64,000 nucleotides of DNA, taken from positions 62,001-126,000 of IMG/VR virus record IMGVR_UViG_3300026484_000007; one strand, given 5' to 3'. Every line of letters starts with the position of its first letter. Positions within the stretch are counted from its first letter, which is position 1. Below, one piece after another: positions 50,080-58,809 of the stretch. The translations under genes were made by a program, and so were the position numbers. The notes under the pieces were generated by a model. It searched no databases, had not been told where the DNA came from, and saw only the letters and a list, made by a program, of their open reading frames with translations.

Positions 50080-51645
50080 TTACCTCCATTCGTAAACTAA
50101 ATTTCCACTATCATATATCCTTCGATAACCAGCTTCGATCATAATTAATTCTGCTGTTTTGGAAGAATCATAATTGGGGAATTTTTTCAATTTATGTTTT
50201 TGAAACTTAACTCTATGATAGAGTTTTAATTCTGGATCACTCATTTTAAAATAATAAAAATTAGGTTGAGTAGTTCTTAGATATCTAAATCCAATACTTT
50301 TATAAAGATTATTTAAGCTACTAGCCCATCTACGATTAGCATATGAAATTACTGATTTAGGTTGGAATTTTTTCAGAAAATATTTAAACAATCTCTGAGC
50401 GCATCCAACGCATGCAGTAAATTTTTTTGAAGCGAATCTAATGAGCTCGTACTCATAATTTTTATTAAACCTTGGCTTAGCAAAAGCCATACAAGAGATT
50501 AACTCTTGATCATGATATAAGCCTAAATTTATTTTCGACGAACATGATCCTTGCAAATGATTTTCATTAAAAAAATCATTTGTTTTTTTGGACGTTATTT
50601 CTTTAATTTCTAACTTTCTTGCAAAGTATTTTTCTTTAATAACTCCAAGCTTATAAGAGATTACTGATTTCCAAATCTCTTTAATTCTTGGGTTAATCCA
50701 TTCATTTTCAAATATATGCAAAAGATTAATGTTTTTACTTTCGCAAGCTTCAGTCTTCTTTAGATGACGATCTTTATCAGCTTCCAAAGAATGCCAAAAG
50801 AGACCATTGTATTCTATTGCTAGATTTTTCTTTGGAATTAAAATATCTAATTCTTTTGGTTTTATGGTTTTTCTATCGTTTTCTATTATTTTTCCATCGT
50901 AAATTTCTTTAATATAATTTACGATTTCCTTTTCCGTTTGCGAATAATTTGCATTTTTTACGTAATTGATATTTAATCTTTTTAAAGTATTGTGGGCAGC
51001 AACTTGCCCACAATTGAAATAATCCATAAATTCTTTCAATTTAAAATGTTTATTTTCATCTAAAAAATTTTCTATTATAAAATTTGAATCATTATATTTA
51101 TCTAGATTATTTATTTTGCCTGTACTTGAGGATATATAATTGTATTTTTTTAAGCAAGTTTTTTTTGCTTTTTCTTTTATTTCTGGTAATTGCGCAGTGC
51201 TTCGAACTCCGTATTTTTTAATATTCGTCTCAATCAATTTTGATTTTGATTGTTCTGACATTGATGGAACTGGAACTCCATATTTTTCCATTGAAGTTTT
51301 TATAATTTTATTTTTCTTTTCAATGTTTTTATTTGAACAATTCGTGGAGCAAAATTGCCCATAAGAACCACCACTTCGCCATCTTAATTCTTTAGAACAT
51401 TCTTTACATACTGGTATATAATTTATTTTATTTTTTATATGCCAGATAATCTGCTTACCAGTAAAGCCAGAAACTTCAATTTTAAAATGATTATTTTTTA
51501 AAAATTTATTTAAATTAATTATAGTTAATTTTTTAGCATTATCTATATAATTTTTAAAAATATCTGAAGTTTCATATAATTTAATTAAATCATCCAAAAT
51601 AGGAAGCGTTGTAAGCGTACCATTCATTTGATTTTCCTTCTTCAA
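50080..51645 (-). CDS. Hef-like homing endonuclease (KYGV repeats, PD-(D/E)xK/Vsr-like nuclease, C-terminal accessory domain)
   Basis: CKEC..FCS..C, KYGV repeats, ELDI.IP..NLAIEYNG.FWH, ELIRFA..ISYA.RRW, IYDSG. Confidence 0.75.
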   Translation of the reverse strand: MKKENQMNGTLTTLPILDDLIKLYETSDIFKNYIDNAKKLTIINLNKFLKNNHFKIEVSGFTGKQIIWHIKNKINYIPVCKECSKELRWRSGGSYGQFCSTNCSNKNIEKKNKIIKTSMEKYGVPVPSMSEQSKSKLIETNIKKYGVRSTAQLPEIKEKAKKTCLKKYNYISSSTGKINNLDKYNDSNFIIENFLDENKHFKLKEFMDYFNCGQVAAHNTLKRLNINYVKNANYSQTEKEIVNYIKEIYDGKIIENDRKTIKPKELDILIPKKNLAIEYNGLFWHSLEADKDRHLKKTEACESKNINLLHIFENEWINPRIKEIWKSVISYKLGVIKEKYFARKLEIKEITSKKTNDFFNENHLQGSCSSKINLGLYHDQELISCMAFAKPRFNKNYEYELIRFASKKFTACVGCAQRLFKYFLKKFQPKSVISYANRRWASSLNNLYKSIGFRYLRTTQPNFYYFKMSDPELKLYHRVKFQKHKLKKFPNYDSSKTAELIMIEAGYRRIYDSGNLVYEWR

Positions 51646-52010
51646 TATATATCTAAGACATTCTTTGCTTGATAATATTGGGAAATTTTAATATGCTGAT
51701 CTTGAAAGATCTTGATTTTTTCAATTATCTTAAATAATCTTTTTTTGAGTTTTTGATCGCTATATAATAATCTCTGATAATAAAAATCAACCAGATTATT
51801 TAAAAACTGATTATCAGTTTGATTATCTGGGATTAAAAATATCTTTTCATTTTTTAAAAATTCATCTAACGATTCATTTTTTATTTCATTATCTTTAATA
51901 AAAAGCACTTCGTTATTTTCATTATCTAAAAATAATAATGAATTATCATAGATCACTGGATAGATTTGATCCAGCAACATTTCTAAATTATTAATTTTTA
52001 TTTCTTTCAA
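51642..52010 (-). CDS. Hypothetical protein (TTG start)
   Basis: AAGGAG RBS. Confidence 0.55.
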   Translation of the reverse strand: MKEIKINNLEMLLDQIYPVIYDNSLLFLDNENNEVLFIKDNEIKNESLDEFLKNEKIFLIPDNQTDNQFLNNLVDFYYQRLLYSDQKLKKRLFKIIEKIKIFQDQHIKISQYYQAKNVLDIY

Positions 52011-52058
52011 TTTTTCTCCTTTGCTTTTAAATTGATTCGATTAAGACTCAATTAAGTC

Positions 52059-52589
52059 TTAATCAAGTCTTAACGGTAAATCATTTTCTTTAAAGAAAAT
52101 AGAAATCGCTGAAAAACCATCAAGGTTTTTATTATGAGGTTTATGATAATCGACTGCAATAATTTCAATATCATAATTCATTAATTTAGCAAATTTAAGA
52201 ATCTGTCTTTTTAATTTTGCAATTTCATGCGTTCCTGAATCCATAAGTTTTTCTCCATTCATTGATTGTTTATAAAAAACATGATTTAAACCATCAATTA
52301 AAAATTTTACTTTAAAAATTTTTGGATCTGTTGGAGATTCATTATGTTCATGTAATAAATGTTTGTAATAACCTTTTATCTTATTAGGAACTGTTTCATC
52401 TTCAAGTCTTTTTAAAATATTTTCAACGAATACGATAACATCGTATTTAGCATATAAAAATAATTCATGATAAATTCTAACCCAAAGATTAAATCTTTGA
52501 AATTGAAAATCTTCTTTTTCTAACTCCTCTGTATATATTTTTAATAAATACGATAACTCTTTTTTTTGATTTGATGTAATTTGATTCAT
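52059..52589 (-). CDS. Hypothetical protein
   Basis: AAGGAG RBS. Confidence 0.6.
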   Translation of the reverse strand: MNQITSNQKKELSYLLKIYTEELEKEDFQFQRFNLWVRIYHELFLYAKYDVIVFVENILKRLEDETVPNKIKGYYKHLLHEHNESPTDPKIFKVKFLIDGLNHVFYKQSMNGEKLMDSGTHEIAKLKRQILKFAKLMNYDIEIIAVDYHKPHNKNLDGFSAISIFFKENDLPLRLD

Positions 52590-52617
52590 TTTCTTCTCCT
52601 TCGGTTTTTAATTTTTT

Positions 52618-52833
52618 TTACGCGAATAATATAATTATACAAATAGTGAAAGCTATAAATGATAGCAACAATACTGTATTTTTAGTGATATTTGGAATTT
52701 TTTCTAATTGACCAAATTCGTTTTTATATAGATTATTTAATTCGGCTCCGATTGATCCAGCTAATAAAGTAAATATTGCAAATACACTAAAAATAATAAA
52801 AAATTTTTCCGGAAAACTTAAACTTAAATCCAT
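52618..52833 (-). CDS. Small two-TM membrane protein
   Basis: Two hydrophobic helices. Confidence 0.55.
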   Translation of the reverse strand: MDLSLSFPEKFFIIFSVFAIFTLLAGSIGAELNNLYKNEFGQLEKIPNITKNTVLLLSFIAFTICIIILFA

Positions 52834-52842
52834 TTTTTATCC

Positions 52843-52888
52843 TTTTTTTCTGACGACAAAAAAAAGTGATCTTTAAAAGATCACTTTC
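52843..52888 (-). terminator. Hairpin + T7-GTCGTCAG-A7
   Basis: aaagtgatctttaaaagatcacttt hairpin next to the motif. Confidence 0.65.
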
Positions 52889-53555
52889 TCATCGTTCTCA
52901 TTATTTCTTTTTCTTTTTGATATTTTTCATTTTCTGTTGCAATAGCTAAAGCTTTTAATTGCTCTCCTAAACCTATTGCCATCCAAGGATCCATTGCAAT
53001 ATTAATTTTTCCTTGCCCATTGTAGTTTAAGAAAACTTTATGTTTATTTGGATCTCTTGTGCTTGGAGCTGCAGAAACTGCAACTTTTTTAGTCACTCCT
53101 TGTCCTTGATTTCCTGCAAACTTACTGCTATCAGTAAATATCATGAAATCACATTGTTTATACATTGCTGCATATTTAAGAGCTTCTGCCAATGCAAATA
53201 AATCTCTATTAGAGATTTTCATTGTCTCTTTTCTGCTTTGGTCATAACTTCTACCAGTTGCTTTTGTACTATCTTGAATTCCAGGTACGAACATTAAAAA
53301 TGCGTTGCTCGTTGGAAATTGTTTTCCAAGATCTACAAAACCAGTTGCTTCAAATAATTGCGTTGTAGGAAGATTAACTTTTCCTACTATATCTAACTCA
53401 TATTTAAAATTTCCAGTATTTCCAGTGTTTCCAACATTTCCTCCAGCTGATTGAGACCCTTGTGGTGCTTGAGGTGCTTGTTGTGTTTGTGGAGCTGCCG
53501 GTGGAACCGGAGCTTGAGGTACTTGAGGGGCTGGCATTTGATGTGCTTGTGTCAT
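52881..53555 (-). CDS. P/Q-rich N-terminus protein, possible Whirly/PC4-like ssDNA-binding protein
   Basis: F.PG..RSYDQSRKETMKIS..DL weakly resembles the Whirly YDW.RK..F.LS..E motif. Confidence 0.35.
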   Translation of the reverse strand: MTQAHQMPAPQVPQAPVPPAAPQTQQAPQAPQGSQSAGGNVGNTGNTGNFKYELDIVGKVNLPTTQLFEATGFVDLGKQFPTSNAFLMFVPGIQDSTKATGRSYDQSRKETMKISNRDLFALAEALKYAAMYKQCDFMIFTDSSKFAGNQGQGVTKKVAVSAAPSTRDPNKHKVFLNYNGQGKINIAMDPWMAIGLGEQLKALAIATENEKYQKEKEIMRTMRK

Positions 53556-53602
53556 TTTATCTCCTTTTTATAAGTTTATTTTTTTTAATTTTTTTAATTT
53601 TT

Positions 53603-54313
53603 TTAGAAATTAATTGTAATTCCGTCGTCATCATCTTCTTCAGTCTCTTCAATTACTTCTTGAGTTTTTTCTTGAGAGTTTGAAGATGGATGGATACCTA
53701 TATTTTCCGTCGTTACTCCATTTACGATAATATCGTCAGATGGTATATCTTCTTTGATTAATAATGATTCAAGTACATTATTAAAATCTTCGATATCACT
53801 AACATCTTGTGATAAAGAATGTTCAATAATATCTTTAACAGCTTGAACATCATTTTCATCAAAAACTGCTTTTCTTCTACCTTTCTCTTCGAAAACTGGT
53901 TCTATAAATTCGTGTATACTTTGAAGAGTTTCTTGATATTGAAGATTTATTAATTTTATAACATCTTCTGGAATATCATCTTTGCTAACGTATAATGGAA
54001 TTTTTATATAACCGATTTTATCAAGAAAGGCGTTAAGTCCTTTTTCTTTTAAATGCTCTTCTTTTCCATTGATAAAATTTTTAAGATTAAGATAAGTTTG
54101 ATTTAATCCTAATTTTTTATACAGAGCATTTTTATTTGGAATATCTTTAAGAATTAATCTTAATTCCTCCTCAAAATTGATTATTTCATTTTTTGAGATT
54201 TCTTGATTAATATCTTGATTAACATCTTGGCTAATATTTTGACTTTGACTTTCAGGTCCCTCGTTTTTATGAATTTCTTGATTCATTTCTTCTCCTTTTA
54301 AAAGCTCTAACAT
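53603..54313 (-). CDS. Hypothetical acidic protein
   Basis: Probable start at MNQEI; acidic tail. Confidence 0.6.
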   Translation of the reverse strand: MLELLKGEEMNQEIHKNEGPESQSQNISQDVNQDINQEISKNEIINFEEELRLILKDIPNKNALYKKLGLNQTYLNLKNFINGKEEHLKEKGLNAFLDKIGYIKIPLYVSKDDIPEDVIKLINLQYQETLQSIHEFIEPVFEEKGRRKAVFDENDVQAVKDIIEHSLSQDVSDIEDFNNVLESLLIKEDIPSDDIIVNGVTTENIGIHPSSNSQEKTQEVIEETEEDDDDGITINF

Positions 54314-54374
54314 ATATCTTTAATTGATCTTTGAAAGATCATTTGCGTTCTAATTCTACTCAATATCTCGCGAC

Positions 54375-54866
54375 TTATAGATCCCACGGAAATAACAACC
54401 AACCTTTTGGTTTTTTTTCTGCGTAATAATCTACTAAGTCTCCTTTATTTCTTCCTTTATACATAACTGCTGTATAAATTTCAACATCTGCGAATTCATT
54501 ATTTGCGTCTAAAATTGCTTTAATTGTTTCGCCAGTATCAGTCAAATCATCGACTAATAAAATTTTTTTGCCATCAAATTTTTTTAATTGATGCCTGATA
54601 TGATTTATAATATCATCGGTTACTTCTTTAGGCTCAGCATCATCTTCATAAAGAGTTACATCTATTAAATCAGTTTCTCTAATATTAAGATAATAACTTA
54701 AATATCCTCCTGGAACAATTCCTCCTCTATTTATCATCACTATTTTATCAAATTTTTTATCTTCATGACATACATCAGATTGTATTTCTTCTGCCAATTT
54801 TTTACATGCGTTTTGAACATCTTCTGGCGTAATTAATACTTTTCCATCATCCAATTTTAGCATCAT
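54375..54866 (-). CDS. Type I purine phosphoribosyltransferase (Gpt-like)
   Basis: INRGG, LLVDDLTDTGET PRPP loop, WLLFPW C-terminus. Confidence 0.88.
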   Translation of the reverse strand: MMLKLDDGKVLITPEDVQNACKKLAEEIQSDVCHEDKKFDKIVMINRGGIVPGGYLSYYLNIRETDLIDVTLYEDDAEPKEVTDDIINHIRHQLKKFDGKKILLVDDLTDTGETIKAILDANNEFADVEIYTAVMYKGRNKGDLVDYYAEKKPKGWLLFPWDL

Positions 54867-55119
54867 TTTCTCCTTTTTTGATTAAAAATAAATCTTTATG
54901 ATTCATCCAAAAACTTTTATGTGTTAAAGGATGATATAATTTTACTGTATGATTTGAATGAAAATTTTTATCATAATCGATCACAATAAAAATTTCATTC
55001 ATTAGGTTTTCCAAACCATTGAAATCTTCGATAGTTTTCCCCTGGACTTTGCTATAATCAATACTTTTTATTTTTACGTATTGATTAATAATGTCAGGGT
55101 TTAGCTGAATTATTCTCAT
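54847..55119 (-). CDS. Hypothetical protein
   Basis: AAGGAGG RBS. Confidence 0.55.
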   Translation of the reverse strand: MRIIQLNPDIINQYVKIKSIDYSKVQGKTIEDFNGLENLMNEIFIVIDYDKNFHSNHTVKLYHPLTHKSFWMNHKDLFLIKKGENDAKIG

Positions 55120-55171
55120 GCACTGTTACCTCCTTTCATAATTTTTTTGTAAAAAATAGACGGAATGATGG

Positions 55172-55243
55172 TTACATAACCATCATCCCGTCTTCCATAA
55201 AGTCTTCTGAGGGGTCGAACCCCTCATTTAAAATAATCTTCAT
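55172..55243 (-). CDS. Putative 23-aa peptide MKIILNEGFDPSEDFMEDGMMVM
   Basis: Hand-translated; AAAGGAGG RBS; stop codon inside a strong hairpin (55158-55193) followed by a T-tract. Confidence 0.45.
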   Translation of the reverse strand: MKIILNEGFDPSEDFMEDGMMVM

Positions 55244-55332
55244 TTTTCCTCCTTTGGATTTTAATTTAGGTGAGAAGCGATTTAAAGTCACTCTCACCTA
55301 CTATTATAATATCAATGTTTATTTAAGATATT

Positions 55333-57495
55333 CTAAAGCTCTTCATTTTCATCTTCGAATTTCATTCCGAAAACATGAAGGGCATTATTTAGAGTTTTCT
55401 TAGTCACTGAATTATATTTATCTTTAAGATAATATTCACCATCTCTAATATATTTAATAATAAAGTTTTGCTTTTCATCTAAAGCATCAGATTTAATTGT
55501 ATAAATTTCTTTTAGAACAGCATTATCTTCTTTATGCGCTAATAACGCTGCAAGTGATTGCCAACTTACGTGAGCTCCACCACCTTTTTTTCTACCTCTT
55601 ACTGGCTGACCAGTGATTTTTGAATACGCACTTGTAAAACTAACACTATTAAATTTTCCAAAACTTGTATGATGTAATTTTAGCATATAATTCCAAGAGC
55701 TAAATAACATCAACTCTGTTTCATTATAATCATTAAATGGATCTTTAAATCCATAATTTTTTCTAAGCCATTCTAATAATTCAGATGAATATTTGATTTT
55801 TTGCTTACCTATATTTAGGTCGAATCTTTTCGCGTATGGTTTAATAAAAGTATTCATAAGCTCTTTATATGAAATATTCGGGAAGTTTGGGACATATAAA
55901 TAAAAATTGTTTTTATTTATATCATTTATAAATAATTTCGCAAATTCTTCATTATCTAAATTATTAATGATATTTTCAACATCTTGATAATAATCAAGAT
56001 CATATTTTTTTATAAAATTTTCATTTATAAAATTAATTTTTTCTTTTAGAGTTTCTATCGTTTCCGATCCTTCTAAGATCTTTTTAACAGTATTCTCTAC
56101 ATCGATAATGATTTTTGAAACCGCTAATTCAAATACAACTCCCCAGTTATTTCTTCCAGGAATTCCTAATGAATTAAATATCATATCAAAAGGTTTTCCA
56201 GTGCTTGGATCTTTTGGCATTAACTCATCTGGAATAATCATTGCAATAGTTGCTTTTCCAGCAAATAAGTTAGTGAATTTATCACCTCTTGTTGTGTTTA
56301 AATAAATCTTTGAATCTAATTCAATTAGAAAATCCATATCATTAAATTCTTTGATTAAGTATTCTTCCATCAACATTTGCTTATAATGCTTATATTGTTT
56401 TTCCATTGATAAATACTGTGAATAAATTTGCTCAGTTAATTCTTTAGCTTTTTCTTTATTCATTCCAATATTTAAAAATGAATCATAAACATTTTTCTTC
56501 TTTTTAACATTAGCTATAATTAAATCTTCTAATTCATTAATTATACCTCTTGTGTAAATATATTTTTCATCAAGTTTTCTTATTTCTTTAATAAGATCTT
56601 TTAAAGATTCGTCCGTAAGTTCTTGATCCATATCTATCGATCTTAATTCTCTAAGAATATCTTCATTAAATATATGAAGTTTCATAGTAACAACATCGGA
56701 ATTTAATAATCCATCAATTTTTTTAGTAAAAAATTTAGATGGAGTTTTATCAGCATTGATAATTTCTGATGAAAAGTGTTTACTAGTATCAATTTCAAGA
56801 TACTTGATATAATCATCTTTCACATGCATTCCAACATAAGGTAGATATGTTTCAATTTCTTTTTCTTCATCTCTTACTATTTTAAAATATTTCCAATGTT
56901 TTAGAATTGGAATATAAGTTTTTTTAATTACAGTCTTTTGAGCTTTTTTTGAAAAACTTTCAGAAATAACAATTGCATCATCTGCGTTGTATCCAAAGAA
57001 TGAAGTGAATAAAATGTTTGCTCTGTATCCTATTTTAGGTAATTTATTTTCAATATTCATTCCGGTATAATCATAAAGAACTTCTCCTTTTTTGAAGAAT
57101 TTTTTATCTATTTTATATTTTAAATCTAATGAATACTCGATTAACTTTCTACCTTCTGGCAAATGTTTAGTAATCATTTTTTTCTGATTTTTATAATAAA
57201 TTACTAAAATATTATCATCGTTATGTAACACAATTCCATCATCTTCCGCGAATTCCACGAAAGGAGATTGGATTGTACTAATCTTTTGAAATTCTTTATC
57301 AATCATAAAAGGAGTATCAACATTCTTTGATAACATTGGTTGAACTCCTTGTTTGTAAGACATATTTAATCTATTATTGTCTACTGTTTGTGCGAAAGGT
57401 ACGAAAATTTCGATTTGAGGACTGAAAATTGTTTTTACTAACTTTTGTGTTTTTTCCGTTTCTTTTTTCATCTCTTTTGCTATTTCTTTTGCCAT
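55333..57495 (-). CDS. Multisubunit RNA polymerase beta-like subunit, C-terminal part
   Basis: FGYNADDAIVISE, GDKF..FAGKAT, NSLGIPGRNN.G, YMLKLHH, YSKITGQPVRGRKKGGG. Confidence 0.92.
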   Translation of the reverse strand: MAKEIAKEMKKETEKTQKLVKTIFSPQIEIFVPFAQTVDNNRLNMSYKQGVQPMLSKNVDTPFMIDKEFQKISTIQSPFVEFAEDDGIVLHNDDNILVIYYKNQKKMITKHLPEGRKLIEYSLDLKYKIDKKFFKKGEVLYDYTGMNIENKLPKIGYRANILFTSFFGYNADDAIVISESFSKKAQKTVIKKTYIPILKHWKYFKIVRDEEKEIETYLPYVGMHVKDDYIKYLEIDTSKHFSSEIINADKTPSKFFTKKIDGLLNSDVVTMKLHIFNEDILRELRSIDMDQELTDESLKDLIKEIRKLDEKYIYTRGIINELEDLIIANVKKKKNVYDSFLNIGMNKEKAKELTEQIYSQYLSMEKQYKHYKQMLMEEYLIKEFNDMDFLIELDSKIYLNTTRGDKFTNLFAGKATIAMIIPDELMPKDPSTGKPFDMIFNSLGIPGRNNWGVVFELAVSKIIIDVENTVKKILEGSETIETLKEKINFINENFIKKYDLDYYQDVENIINNLDNEEFAKLFINDINKNNFYLYVPNFPNISYKELMNTFIKPYAKRFDLNIGKQKIKYSSELLEWLRKNYGFKDPFNDYNETELMLFSSWNYMLKLHHTSFGKFNSVSFTSAYSKITGQPVRGRKKGGGAHVSWQSLAALLAHKEDNAVLKEIYTIKSDALDEKQNFIIKYIRDGEYYLKDKYNSVTKKTLNNALHVFGMKFEDENEEL

Positions 57496-57513
57496 TTTAA
57501 TTCCTTTCTTTTT

Positions 57514-58734
57514 TTATAAATTTTTTAATTTAAGTCTACCATATTCATTTACTAACGTTTGAGTTGTAAACACTACATTAGCTCCAACGTTTGCCGCCGA
57601 TACACTAATTGGACAAAGAATTCCTTGTGCACTAGAATCATTTCTCTGCCAAGATTTAGGCAATCTTCCATCATTAATAACACTAATATCTTGAGATACT
57701 TTATTTATTAATGGTAATGCGTAAGGAATACTGATATCATATAAATTTCCTCTATGAAGATTATTTGTAAAACCAGATGTCATAATTACTTTTTGATTCA
57801 TTGTAATTAAAAAGTTTTGACCGTTTTTATCTATTACTCCATAAAGTAATCTTAAATAAGATTCAAAAATCGGTTTAATTAAATACTCAGAATGAATAAT
57901 TCTTCTATTATGAATATCAGACATATCTATTTTTTCTCCAGTTAAAAATAACTCGATGATTTTCCAAACGATATTTTTTATTCCTCTAAATCCATAGAAA
58001 TCTTCAAATAGTTCGTGATAAAAATCTAAAATTAAAAATGTATCAATCCATTTAACAAGATCGATATCATCGAAAAAAGATTCTTTATGGAAACCCAAAA
58101 ATTTTACAAATTTTCTTTTATCTCCAAGAGTGGTTTCTTTAGTATGAATTAAACCATTTTGATAAAGTTCTTCAAGTTTATCTTCATCATCTTTAAAGAT
58201 CACTCTTAAGAATAAATCTAATTCTATTTTTTTATAATTAAAAAATACAATTCTTTCAATTTTCTTTTTGCTTTTATTAGCAACATGAAAATCAAATGTA
58301 AAATTATACATTGGATTTAAATTTGCATAAATTTTATTTTTAATTACTTTTGCATCTGGTTCCGACATAACCCTATCAATAGGAGCTTTTTCAAGCATTA
58401 AAATTGGAACGTAAAGAGCGTTGTTTAAAGTATAATAATTTTTTTGAATCAATTTAGGCACAAAGAAACTAAACTCTCTTGAAAAGTTTTTGTATTCTTG
58501 ATAAATATAATATTCATCTTGATAGGTAATAAAATCTCCGAGGTATGGAGATATATTACTTTTCTTTTCAATTAACACTTTATATTCTGGATCAATCAAT
58601 TTAATTTTATTAAAAATTTCGTGAACCGTCTTTTCGATCTTTTGATGATCAACTTCTCTCCACTCGTGTAAATGCATAAAATTTTTATCGCTTTCTGCCG
58701 TTTTATAAACATTTTCGTATACAATTGTATTCAT
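57514..58734 (-). CDS. RNA polymerase beta-like subunit, N-terminal part
   Basis: DIHNRRI..EY, GILCPISVS..NVG (cf. GRICPIETPEGPNIG); adjacent to the C-terminal part. Confidence 0.72.
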   Translation of the reverse strand: MNTIVYENVYKTAESDKNFMHLHEWREVDHQKIEKTVHEIFNKIKLIDPEYKVLIEKKSNISPYLGDFITYQDEYYIYQEYKNFSREFSFFVPKLIQKNYYTLNNALYVPILMLEKAPIDRVMSEPDAKVIKNKIYANLNPMYNFTFDFHVANKSKKKIERIVFFNYKKIELDLFLRVIFKDDEDKLEELYQNGLIHTKETTLGDKRKFVKFLGFHKESFFDDIDLVKWIDTFLILDFYHELFEDFYGFRGIKNIVWKIIELFLTGEKIDMSDIHNRRIIHSEYLIKPIFESYLRLLYGVIDKNGQNFLITMNQKVIMTSGFTNNLHRGNLYDISIPYALPLINKVSQDISVINDGRLPKSWQRNDSSAQGILCPISVSAANVGANVVFTTQTLVNEYGRLKLKNL

Positions 58735-58809
58735 TGTCCTTCCTTTCTTTATTTTAATTATTTCAACTTGATTAGTATTATTTCTTTAAAATCTTTTTTT
58801 TAGATTTTT

